Below are positions 1 through 8,751 of a stretch of 64,000 bases of DNA, piece after piece; positions within the stretch are counted from its first letter, which is position 1, and each line of letters begins with the position of its first letter. This stretch comes from an uncultured virus (IMG/VR IMGVR_UViG_3300026250_000004) (Duplodnaviria; Heunggongvirae; Uroviricota; Caudoviricetes). Made by a program: the position numbers and the translations under genes. The stretch lies in IMG/VR virus record IMGVR_UViG_3300026250_000004; one strand, written 5' to 3'. The notes below the pieces were generated by a model. That model ran no database searches and was not told the DNA's origin. It saw only the letters and a list, made by a program, of their open reading frames with translations.

Positions 1-39
1 CTAATCCAGAGAAACACGGGGTAAATAGCTCAGCAGTTA

Positions 40-85
40 CATTTTACCCCGGCCTCAGTAAAAAATCAAATTTGAAAGGGGTAAT
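40..85 (+). repeat. 46-bp leader/RBS repeat, copy 1 (copy 2 at 63273-63318)
   Basis: CATTTTACCCCGGC(C)TCAGTAAAAAA(A)TCAAATTTGAAAGGGGTAAT is near-identical at both places, each just before an ATG. Confidence 0.85.
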
Positions 86-89
86 AATT

Positions 90-1349
90 ATGACAACAGC
101 AACAACCGAAAAGAATTATATCTTTAATTTAGAGACAGGTAAAATCGAATTGCATTTTGATAAGACGGAATACATGGCTTTGTCGGCAGAACAGAAAAAG
201 CTAATCAAGTCCAATTTCCTTTTCTCCAGGTATTCCGGCGCATGGGTGAGCCGTTGCAAAGAGCCGAACCTATACCGGGCGCGCAAAGTAGCCGAGCAAT
301 TAGGTTTTACTCAGGAGCAGCGCACCGGGGAACGCTTGTCATTTGCCGAACAGGTAGAACGCTCAGCAGAACGGGCAGAAGCAAGGGCAGAACGCTTTGA
401 AGGTTACGCCGACAACGCAGAACACCGGGCCGAGGGATTACAAGCCGGTTTTAATGAGTGCCGGAAAGATTGGTCCTGGTTGACTCAGCCTAATATTAAT
501 AGCTCAGCAGGGCGGGCATTTACCCGGCAGCGGGAGCGCATCATGGACCGCTACAACAAAGGATTCGAGGAATACAAAAAGAGCGAATACTTCCGGGATA
601 GAGCCGCAACCGCTCAGAATACGGCAGACGGCAAGAAGTTTCAGGACCCGATATATTTGGACAACAGAATCAAGGAATGCAAAAAGAATATCAGGGCAAT
701 GGAAAAGAACATAATCCACTATGAAGAAATCCTTTACAGTTTAGAGAATCACACGGAGGAACGCCGAAGCCCGTATTTTGGCAAGTACACTCAGGAGCAG
801 GTTTCCGACTGGATTGAAAACCAAATAGAACGCATAGAGGCCGAAATTGACAAGCAGGGATACATGGAGAATTGCCTAGATGAAATCGGCGGTGTTCCCT
901 TCTCTCAGGAGAACATCAAACCGGGTTATATTGTTAAAATGCGTCGTTGGGGACGGTGCGAGATAACATCGGCAGGCCCGGTTAATGTCACCTTTAAGAT
1001 TTTAGACGGCGGCGCGGCAGGTGGATGCTTGACGGAACCTTATGCAGCGGTCAGTGAAATAATTGCCGTGAAAGAGGTCCCGAAGGTCGAGAACCCTTTT
1101 AAGGAAGGCGATATACTCACGAAAAATAGGCCAGGGGATGACAGCATCTATAGGGCCTATCAAGTGGTGAAGGTAACTAAAGCCGGTGTTAAGATTCAAC
1201 AGATAGCCGTTGAGAACGGTAAGCCTATTCCGGGACAATTCACCGGCGAAAAAGCCAAACAAAAGAAGGTAGTCAAAAGCAAATACAGCGACTTCGTAGG
1301 AGTATATGAGGACGGTTGGCAGTTGCACAAATACGCACTCGCTCAGTAA
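90..1349 (+). CDS. DUF3560-like protein (mobile-element leading-region family)
   Basis: RAEARAERFEGYADNA..QPNINSSAGRAFTRQRERI pattern; GAAAGGGG RBS before ATG at 90. Confidence 0.65.
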   Translation: MTTATTEKNYIFNLETGKIELHFDKTEYMALSAEQKKLIKSNFLFSRYSGAWVSRCKEPNLYRARKVAEQLGFTQEQRTGERLSFAEQVERSAERAEARAERFEGYADNAEHRAEGLQAGFNECRKDWSWLTQPNINSSAGRAFTRQRERIMDRYNKGFEEYKKSEYFRDRAATAQNTADGKKFQDPIYLDNRIKECKKNIRAMEKNIIHYEEILYSLENHTEERRSPYFGKYTQEQVSDWIENQIERIEAEIDKQGYMENCLDEIGGVPFSQENIKPGYIVKMRRWGRCEITSAGPVNVTFKILDGGAAGGCLTEPYAAVSEIIAVKEVPKVENPFKEGDILTKNRPGDDSIYRAYQVVKVTKAGVKIQQIAVENGKPIPGQFTGEKAKQKKVVKSKYSDFVGVYEDGWQLHKYALAQ

Positions 1350-1400
1350 TCTCAGCAAAACCGGGGGCGCAATGCCCCCTTGAAGGGAGGGAGACACCCA

Positions 1401-1619
1401 ATGAGAAGAAGCGGCGTTTCTAAGGGCGGCATGTGTTCAAGCGGTTCTCATTATTCCCTGTATTGCCCTTTCTGTGGAAAACCCGCATTTAAGGCTGTTA
1501 TTAATAACCAACAAGAAATATACTGCCATTTTACAGACAAAGGAGTAATGTACCATATCAAGGACGTAAACGGCGAATGGAGTAGAAAAAGAACTGCCCC
1601 GCAAGGAGTAACAATATGA
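1401..1619 (+). CDS. small hypothetical protein with CPFC motif
   Basis: ORF with GGAGG RBS. Confidence 0.55.
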   Translation: MRRSGVSKGGMCSSGSHYSLYCPFCGKPAFKAVINNQQEIYCHFTDKGVMYHIKDVNGEWSRKRTAPQGVTI

Positions 1620-1735
1620 AACACCACCGCACCCCAAAACCCCGCAAGCTGCCAGCAAAAGGAAAGTGCGGCGGTTGTGGCGAAATTGCTACAAGGCCAG
1701 GTACAAGTCTCAGTAAGATTTAGGGAGGGAACGCC

Positions 1736-1957
1736 ATGAAAGTATGGGAACTTAAAGAAGGACGTGTTTATCATAATGGGAAAAATCCAAAGACCATACG
1801 AGTTCTCGATAAAATTGATGGTGTTTCAAGAGCCGTAATTTTTAGAACAATACAGGGCAAACCATCAAGGGCAATGTTTCAAACAACAAACGGTCCTACA
1901 GAAATTATCTCCTTAGAAGCCTTTGCGAAATGGGCGGTAGGGGAAGAAACTCAGTAG
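1736..1957 (+). CDS. hypothetical protein
   Basis: ORF with GGGAGG RBS in early operon. Confidence 0.6.
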   Translation: MKVWELKEGRVYHNGKNPKTIRVLDKIDGVSRAVIFRTIQGKPSRAMFQTTNGPTEIISLEAFAKWAVGEETQ

Positions 1958-1985
1958 CGATTAACTCAGTAAGGGAGGAATAACC

Positions 1986-2225
1986 TTGACTCCTTGTTAT
2001 GAATTGGATATCGACACCCGGCGCATAATCCTAGCATTGCTCAGTAAAGCCGCAGAACTGGATTTAGGCAACGTCAGTTTCAGTTATTACCGGGACTCGG
2101 TAGACTTTTACCTTGTTGAGTATAAGACCGGCTGGGAGTTAGTAGTCAGTCAGGAGCGCACCCGGCGAGACGTTTATAGTATTGTCGATGGCGAGATAGT
2201 TTACCGGTATTCAGAGAGCGATTAG
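1986..2225 (+). CDS. hypothetical protein
   Basis: TTG start with GGGAGG RBS. Confidence 0.6.
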   Translation: MTPCYELDIDTRRIILALLSKAAELDLGNVSFSYYRDSVDFYLVEYKTGWELVVSQERTRRDVYSIVDGEIVYRYSESD

Positions 2226-2239
2226 AAGGAGGAATAGAG

Positions 2240-2429
2240 ATGGAAAAACTAACCGTTAAGGAAAATTGGGACACTTACCGCTATCAGATAATGGATGGCA
2301 GTCCCCGATATGTACGAAGCACTAAAGTTATGGCTGGGCAATGACACCACAACACCGGAACTATACGAGGAGGCGGTCAAATCTGGGCGCAAAGCCCTTG
2401 CTAAAGCCGAAGGGAGGAATGACCAATGA
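2240..2429 (+). pseudogene. small phage gene frameshifted by an ATGG duplication
   Basis: Strong RBS and ATG at 2240; ATGGATGG at 2291-2298; removing one copy joins MEKLTVK..YQIM to AVPDMYEAL..KALAKAEG. Confidence 0.45.
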
Positions 2430-3148
2430 CCGAGCAAATCCAGGCTATTGCCGAGCTAATCGCTAACATTCCCGGCGCGACTGTAGAAATCTCAGAGGGT
2501 ACCATAAAAATCTCAGGGGTTGATTCCCTCAGTAGCAAGCAGAAAATTTCCCCGGGAAAAAAGCGGCAGGCTAAAAAACTGCCGAAAGTACTCAAGCCCG
2601 GCGATATAGACAAAATGTTTGATGCTCTGAAACTAGAGCGTTTTGCAGACCTCCGGGACCGCTGCGCCATGCAGGTGATGTATTCCTCTGCCCTCAGAAT
2701 ATCGGAAATCTGCAACCTGATGGTAGATGACGTTGACCTGAAAGGCGGCTATTTGACCCTGCAAAGAGCTAAAGGCAACAAGGATAGAGTTGTGCCTATA
2801 GACGATGAAACTATCGCATGGCTCAGAAAATGGGAAGCTATTAGACCTCAATCAGACTATTACTTTTGCACTAAAAAAGGTGGGCGAATGGACACCAGAC
2901 AGCTCAGAGAAAAAGTTTACAGGACCTCAGAAAAAGCCGATGTGTATATCAGGGACGGCGAAGAAAAGCGGAGAGTTTTCCCCCATGCTTTCCGGCATAC
3001 GGGCTTGACAGATATGCTAGATCAGGGGTTCAACATTCGCGAAGTTCAGGAAATGGCTGGGCATAGAAGCATGAAAACTACTTCCATCTATCTCTCAGTA
3101 AGACCGGAATCGCTCAGAGCGAAGATGAAGAACCGGAATATAGGATAG
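2426..3148 (+). CDS. short tyrosine recombinase (Xer/resolvase-like)
   Basis: Catalytic set ALRISE, AKGNK, HAFRH, GH..TTSIY; only 240 aa. Confidence 0.85.
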   Translation: MTEQIQAIAELIANIPGATVEISEGTIKISGVDSLSSKQKISPGKKRQAKKLPKVLKPGDIDKMFDALKLERFADLRDRCAMQVMYSSALRISEICNLMVDDVDLKGGYLTLQRAKGNKDRVVPIDDETIAWLRKWEAIRPQSDYYFCTKKGGRMDTRQLREKVYRTSEKADVYIRDGEEKRRVFPHAFRHTGLTDMLDQGFNIREVQEMAGHRSMKTTSIYLSVRPESLRAKMKNRNIG

Positions 3149-3186
3149 CTCAGGAGCTGATCACTCGGTAACGCTCAAAAATTCCC

Positions 3187-3224
3187 CGGCCTCAGCAGGC
3201 TTAAAAACTTGCTGGGGCTTTTTT
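3187..3224 (+). terminator. intrinsic terminator
   Basis: CCTCAGCAGG/CTTGCTGGGG stem plus T tract. Confidence 0.7.
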
Positions 3225-3377
3225 GTGCCTAAAGTTATTTCTAATTTAGGCAACTATTCCCCATTTTAATTATCTAATTTGTCGGGATATTTAGGGGTTA
3301 TTGTGTCTAAATTCGGCATTATTTATATATTATTAGCGATACAATGGAGATAATTTATACTAAAGGAGGTTGTTTTA

Positions 3378-3647
3378 ATGAAAGGTTTATCCAGTGCACT
3401 TGCTGATTTATGCCAAAAACGTATCGAGAAAATTTCCCCTGAAACCAATCCGAGGTATGCTGAAGCCGAAAAGGCGGTTAGTCAGCATTTTAAAAACTTA
3501 AAAAAGGAATTACCCCCTAATCTGCAAAAATCACTAATCGAATTAGAAAACAAGCGCATGTTCCAAGAATATTTAGGCTATTCAGTTTGTTACGAGCAAG
3601 GTTTTTATGATGGAGTGAAAATTGTAATGTTAGCCGCAAAGCGTTAA
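3378..3647 (+). CDS. hypothetical protein
   Basis: AAAGGAGG RBS; followed by AAGGGAGAG/CTCTCCCTT-T terminator. Confidence 0.7.
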   Translation: MKGLSSALADLCQKRIEKISPETNPRYAEAEKAVSQHFKNLKKELPPNLQKSLIELENKRMFQEYLGYSVCYEQGFYDGVKIVMLAAKR

Positions 3648-3687
3648 TAAAAACAAGGGAGAGCTAAATAAAAACTCTCCCTTTTTT

Positions 3688-3978
3688 ACCGTGTCCCAAA
3701 CCGTGTCCCAAAGAAATCTTGTAACCTAATGTCTGCTAGTGTTTTATTTTAAGTTTACTAATCAATATTAGTAAATAAGTGTAGGAATGCCTGTAAATCG
3801 GCTTTTGCGCAATGTAATATTTTATATACATGCATACTAATGTTTACAATGACACATTTTACCTGACTCTTAATCAGAAGGTTGCAGGTTCGATTCCTGC
3901 ATGGCCCACCATAAAATAGGCGTTCATAGCACATCGCTTTTCAGTAAAATACAAAACCGTGTCCCGTTCGTGTCCCAA
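3688..3978. mobile_element. attP: tRNA-Lys(CTT) 3'-half core (3862-3911) flanked by paired CGTGTCCC arm-type sites
   Basis: CTGA-CTCTTAA-TCAG anticodon arm, GGTTCGATTCC T-arm and CCA but no 5' half; CGTGTCCC at 3690, 3702, 3958, 3969; adjacent to integrase. Confidence 0.85.
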
Positions 3979-4007
3979 GTATAACAAATGCCTATATTCA
4001 GGCTTTT

Positions 4008-5285
4008 TTATTTTGCAATAGCTTCAAAACCAAGGTATTGACTGAGTTTCTTCATTTCTTCGTTGAGTGTATCAATGGGGATATGACCGTACATATCAAT
4101 CGTAGTTGTAATGCTTTCGTGCCCCATGATGACTTGTAATTTTTCCATACTCATTCCGGCAGATATGCATAGAGCTGCGAAGGTATGGCGTAGATCGTGA
4201 AATCTTAACTCAGGTCTTTTAAACGAAACGACCAATTCCTTAAAACGCTTACTAACAATGTTTCCACTTATCCTGGTTCCGTTCCATTGACAGAATATAA
4301 GGTCTTGGTCGTCATAAATAGCTTTTAGCTCTTCTTCTTTGAATTCTTTGTTATCAGTATTTTTAAGTTTTTCTTCTACTTGCAGGCGGTAATTCGTCTG
4401 CTCTTTTTTTATCTCTCTAAACATTTTATTAAGCGGTAATTGCATAGGTATAGTCCTGTTCGACTTCTTGCTTTTGGGGGCTTTAAAAAACCAGCCTTCG
4501 CCCGGCACATATTGCAACTGCTGACGTACATTTATCAGTCCGCGGTCTAAGTCAATGTCCTGCCAGCGCAACCCTAATATTTCCCCTTGTCGCATGCCTG
4601 TCATAAGCGCACAATAAATAATATTATGATATTCACTGTTTTCAATGTGTTTTAAAAATCTCTCCAATTCCCCTTTGCAAAGTACGCTCATTTCTTTCTT
4701 TTCAAAAGTAGGCGCATCTACATATAATGCTGGATTAGAGGGTATATACTTCCACTTCACGGCCTGTTTTAATGCAGCGGTTAAAATCCTATGATGATAG
4801 TGTATCGTGCGTTGTGATAATCCTGGTGGCTTTTCTTTGACTATTTTCTTGCCTTTCTCTTGTTCTTTTGCCCTTCTGTTATCTTTTTTGGGAGCCGTGT
4901 CAATTCTGCCTTCGAGTTCCATTTTGCTGTAATATTCCTGTAAATCCATAGGAGTTAATTGTTGCAGGCGTTTTTTTCCCAAATTGGGTGCTATGTGACG
5001 CTCAATTTCTTTTTTATAACTGTAATAGGTTTTGGGTGCCAACTTAGCTTTGCGAATTTCCAGCCATTTATCCAGGTATTCCTTGACTGTTATTTTGTCT
5101 GGCTTAATAAATGTGCCATGTCGTAATTCATATAGCCTATCCTGCAAGTATTCATTAGCTTCTTTTTCGGTTTCTACCTTAATTGACTCTACGATTCTGT
5201 CTCTTTTCCCTTCGCTGTCATATCCTAGTTCAATTATAACGGTCCAACTGTCTTTGTAACGTTTTTCTACCCTGCCTGTCGCCAT
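4008..5285 (-). CDS. int: phage tyrosine integrase
   Basis: N-terminal arm-binding region, GMRQGEILGL, FHDLRHT, MGH..MYGH. Confidence 0.95.
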   Translation of the reverse strand: MATGRVEKRYKDSWTVIIELGYDSEGKRDRIVESIKVETEKEANEYLQDRLYELRHGTFIKPDKITVKEYLDKWLEIRKAKLAPKTYYSYKKEIERHIAPNLGKKRLQQLTPMDLQEYYSKMELEGRIDTAPKKDNRRAKEQEKGKKIVKEKPPGLSQRTIHYHHRILTAALKQAVKWKYIPSNPALYVDAPTFEKKEMSVLCKGELERFLKHIENSEYHNIIYCALMTGMRQGEILGLRWQDIDLDRGLINVRQQLQYVPGEGWFFKAPKSKKSNRTIPMQLPLNKMFREIKKEQTNYRLQVEEKLKNTDNKEFKEEELKAIYDDQDLIFCQWNGTRISGNIVSKRFKELVVSFKRPELRFHDLRHTFAALCISAGMSMEKLQVIMGHESITTTIDMYGHIPIDTLNEEMKKLSQYLGFEAIAK

Positions 5286-5286
5286 T

Positions 5287-5646
5287 TTAATCCTCACTTT
5301 CTTTAATATTCCTTTTCTTAATAGCACTAGCATGTTCATAAATAACCTTTAGTTCTTCCGGGTTAAGCTCATTTAAAATAGACTCAATGTCCACCCCCTT
5401 TACGGGTTTTGCTGCTGGGTATCTTTCGCGACAATCCGTAAGACCAAGAATATAGTCAACCGGCTTGTCAAATAAAATAGACATAGCGATTAAATTATCA
5501 TATATATCTAATTCTCCCTGCTTGCTATTTTCGTATTTAGAAATCGTTGCCCTTGTTAAATTTAATTTCTTTGCTAATTCAACTTGACTAAGCCCCATTT
5601 CCTCCCTTAGTAAACGCAACCTATCGCCAAACCACATTTTAATCAC
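5287..5646 (-). CDS. XRE/CI-like HTH repressor
   Basis: FGDRLRLLREEMGLSQVELAKKLNLTRATISKYEN; divergent from lytic operon. Confidence 0.9.
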   Translation of the reverse strand: MIKMWFGDRLRLLREEMGLSQVELAKKLNLTRATISKYENSKQGELDIYDNLIAMSILFDKPVDYILGLTDCRERYPAAKPVKGVDIESILNELNPEELKVIYEHASAIKKRNIKESED

Positions 5647-5762
5647 CGTCCAAAAATATTTATTAAAAATATATTAAGCTATTTTATAAAATTGTGCAAG
5701 TATTTATTGCTTAGTGTCTTTGCGTGTCTTTGCGCTAATATTTGTGTCAGTGTAAATTATAG

Positions 5763-5791
5763 TTGACATTAATAGATTGATAATTTAATAT
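5763..5791 (+). promoter_or_regulatory. sigma-A-type rightward promoter
   Basis: TTGACA-17 bp-TAATAT. Confidence 0.6.
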
Positions 5792-5844
5792 TATATACAT
5801 CACACGTCCCTTATATACATTTCACATACAAGGAGGATAGTCCT

Positions 5845-6033
5845 ATGCCAGATAAATACAAAGACCTACCAGCATTATTAAACATCAAGAAAACCGCAGA
5901 AGTAATGGGAATCAGCCGTGATTATTGCTACAAACTTCTTCGTAACGGTGATTTACCCACAGAAGAATTTGGAGGCAAGCAATGGGTATTGCGCGACCCA
6001 CTGCTTAGAAAACTAGGCTGTCTGCACAACTAA
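5845..6033 (+). CDS. excisionase/Cro-like HTH protein
   Basis: LLNIKKTAEVMGISRDYCYKLLRNGDLP..GGKQWV (HTH_17-like). Confidence 0.8.
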   Translation: MPDKYKDLPALLNIKKTAEVMGISRDYCYKLLRNGDLPTEEFGGKQWVLRDPLLRKLGCLHN

Positions 6034-6363
6034 GTATTTCCAATACATAAAAAGGAGCTGATAATCCTCACATCTCCTAGCGGAGCCATAGACCTTTCGA
6101 CCTTTATGGGCGGCATACCTGGAGCCTTTGAGCCGGGGCGAGCAGTAGAGGGCAGGCCTGAGTGAATGAAAGCTACGGGTTATTGAGGGGCGAGTAGCTT
6201 AGTTGACGGACTAAGCGAAGAATGAGAACGCAGCAATGATTTTAGTAAGACAACCTATGACGATAGAGAATTGTTCAGGAGGGATAAAATTGGGTAAAGG
6301 TGCAAGGATTAAGAAAGCCAAAAAGGAAGGAACCGATGGCAACCAGCAAGTAGGAGGAAAACC

Positions 6364-6618
6364 ATGAAGAAGCGAACTATCTACACTTGTGAAAAATGCG
6401 GACTGAAAATTGAAGAAGATTATCAGCAGATGATTACGCATGAATATAGTCACGTTGTACCAAACGTTCAGATACCGGAAGCTAATATATATGATGTTGA
6501 ATATCCCTACCCCTTAAAAATCACGGTAACAATGAGCAACGGTGCGAAAGTGGAATATGTTAATCCCAGTGAAGTCGAACCACCTACAGAAAAAGAAAGC
6601 CCGTCAGAGACGGACTAA
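6364..6618 (+). CDS. hypothetical protein (CxxC)
   Basis: ORF with AGGAGG RBS. Confidence 0.6.
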   Translation: MKKRTIYTCEKCGLKIEEDYQQMITHEYSHVVPNVQIPEANIYDVEYPYPLKITVTMSNGAKVEYVNPSEVEPPTEKESPSETD

Positions 6619-6683
6619 AAACAAAGGTACTTATAGTCTACAATTATATGCTTATGCAGACAAGGAGAATTTAGAACGAATTT

Positions 6684-6787
6684 GCAGGGCGGTGGCGGAA
6701 TAGGTAGACGCTAAGCATGACGAGGTTGTTGGCCTTCGCGAGGTATCCACAACAATTATGCAGGGTGCAAATCCCTGCCCGACCTGC
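6684..6787 (+). ncRNA. tRNA-like RNA lacking a canonical anticodon arm
   Basis: Closing stem GCAGG/CCTGC, D-arm GCG-GAATAGGTAGA-CGC, T-arm GCAGGG-TGCAAAT-CCCTGC. Confidence 0.6.
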
Positions 6788-6901
6788 TTCATATTTAAGG
6801 AGGAATCACATTGGAAAACAAAGTTAAGATAACGATTGAAGGTTTAGAAGCGGGGGGCTGGCTTTGACCAAAAAACGAAAGATTGCAGGAGGGAGATATC
6901 G

Positions 6902-7231
6902 ATGACTAAACTCGAACTCATAGAAAAATTATCTTCCCTGCCCGAGCTGATTGAAGAGCAGGAGAAAGTTGTCATTGCCGCTTATCAGCAGGTGCAAGAG
7001 AGCAAGATCATATTGACCGAAGCTGAGGACGTTTTATTCCTTAGCGGTCAGATTGACGGTAAGAACGCCGAAACCAGAACTGCACAAGTAAGGGCAAAGA
7101 CCGTTAATGAGCGTGAAGGACTGCAAAAAGCCGAAAGCTTGCTGAGTGCCGAAAGAGCGAAGCTTAACCGCCTGAACAATGAACTGGCAGTCTACAAGGC
7201 CATTGCCGGGATGCTAAAGGGGGCTGAATAA
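6902..7231 (+). CDS. hypothetical coiled-coil protein
   Basis: ORF with RBS; IDGKNAETRTAQ motif. Confidence 0.65.
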   Translation: MTKLELIEKLSSLPELIEEQEKVVIAAYQQVQESKIILTEAEDVLFLSGQIDGKNAETRTAQVRAKTVNEREGLQKAESLLSAERAKLNRLNNELAVYKAIAGMLKGAE

Positions 7232-7389
7232 TTGACCGGAGAAATTAATTTCACCAAATGCGGCAACGAAATAGTAGCCCTCGACGACGGCTCAGATTGG
7301 ATAGATATTAAAATTGGTAAAGGCTTATGGCTCATCTTATCCAGAGAGCAAGTCCTAGCCTTAAAGGAAAAACTCAAGGAGGTAAACTA

Positions 7390-8358
7390 ATGAGCGAAAC
7401 AGCATTAGCAATAGCCAAGGACTACCCTGCTGAGAAATTCAACCTACTAATCCCCGTCAGAACCATGCAGGAGCTTAGCCCCTTGCATAAGGTAGTTATA
7501 AACGAAGTGCAGATTAGCTCAGACCCTAAGCAAAAAGATACCTACTCTCAAAGCGGAGGGCTGGCGTTAACCAAAAACGGACTAATGAAGCTAATGGCAG
7601 CGGCAAATATTCAGATTATAGACAGCCGACCAGTGCCGACCCAACGCTGCAACAAGTGTATAGAGATAGCGCAGCGCACCAGACAAGCCCCAAAGTGTTT
7701 TGAATGCCCGTACATTGACGACGTTGCTCATCAGGTGACTATCGCAGTACCGGAGCCATCAGGTACTTACCGGACTGTTAGGGCAACCAAGGAAATCCGC
7801 ATGGAAGATTCCAAGGCTACAATGAAAGATTCCGAGTTTAAGCAGTTTGCCAAATTCAGGACTGAGCATTGCGAAAGCAAGGCACTTAACCGGGCATTAA
7901 GAGAAGGACTGATGATTAAATCGACCTATACGGCGCAGGAACTACAAAAGCCTTTTGCAGTAGCCCTTGTAATGCCTAACATGAGCGACCCAGACCTTAA
8001 GAGAGCCATGATTGACCGCTATGCAAATAACGCTTCAGCCCTTTACGGAGACGTTGCGCCCAGTCAAAGCGCCTTGCCGTCAGGAGAGGTAACCGTTATT
8101 GATGCAGACGATGATATTGATTATGAAACCGGAGAAATCTTTCCCCCTGACGGAGAAGTTATCGATATTACAGGCGAGCAGGACGACCCATTGACTTGCG
8201 ACGACTGCGGAAAAGAGCTTGTGCCTGTAACCGATAGGCAAGGCAAAGAATGGACTGTTGCCGACCTCGTAGACTTGAGCATGGGGCACTTCAACCATGT
8301 GTTATGCCCTACCTGCTATGGTAAGGCTAAGAAGGCTAAGAAAGCGGGTGAAAGGTAG
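7390..8358 (+). CDS. putative ssDNA-annealing/recombination protein with C-terminal Zn ribbon
   Basis: HCESKALNRALR resembles annealing-protein motifs; acidic DYETGEI tail; upstream of SbcCD. Confidence 0.45.
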   Translation: MSETALAIAKDYPAEKFNLLIPVRTMQELSPLHKVVINEVQISSDPKQKDTYSQSGGLALTKNGLMKLMAAANIQIIDSRPVPTQRCNKCIEIAQRTRQAPKCFECPYIDDVAHQVTIAVPEPSGTYRTVRATKEIRMEDSKATMKDSEFKQFAKFRTEHCESKALNRALREGLMIKSTYTAQELQKPFAVALVMPNMSDPDLKRAMIDRYANNASALYGDVAPSQSALPSGEVTVIDADDDIDYETGEIFPPDGEVIDITGEQDDPLTCDDCGKELVPVTDRQGKEWTVADLVDLSMGHFNHVLCPTCYGKAKKAKKAGER

Positions 8359-8751
8359 ATGGAGCAATTATTTTTAGCTGACTTAAAAAATTATAGCGAT
8401 GAAGCGGTTAGAGAACATCTTATTAATGAATATACCGTTGATTCTGCCATCTTGTATGAATACGATATTTTAATTGCCTATGAGTCTGTAGGTAGCTGGG
8501 GTTGTGATAGCTCTTCGTTCTTTTTGCTTCGCAATAGAAGAACCCAGGCTTTATATGAAATTCATGGTTCGCATTGTTCCTGTCATGGATTTGAAGGTCA
8601 ATTTAAACCCGAGAAAACTACCCTAAAGTATCTTAATTCTGATAAATTTTACTTCTATTGCGGAGGTTATGACGAGGACGACGAGCAACATCGCAAACAG
8701 GTCGGCGAATACCTCCAGCGTCTATTAACCAATGCGAGGGAAGGTGATTAA
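8359..8751 (+). CDS. hypothetical protein
   Basis: ORF in operon; GSHCSC motif. Confidence 0.6.
   Translation: MEQLFLADLKNYSDEAVREHLINEYTVDSAILYEYDILIAYESVGSWGCDSSSFFLLRNRRTQALYEIHGSHCSCHGFEGQFKPEKTTLKYLNSDKFYFYCGGYDEDDEQHRKQVGEYLQRLLTNAREGD

Noticed and set aside
3862..3911. Functional tRNA-Lys gene
   Set aside because: 5' acceptor strand and D-arm are missing; it is the att core.
6060..6360. Possible ncRNA or antiterminator after the xis-like gene
   Set aside because: Only short stems and no recognisable motif; could be small ORFs.
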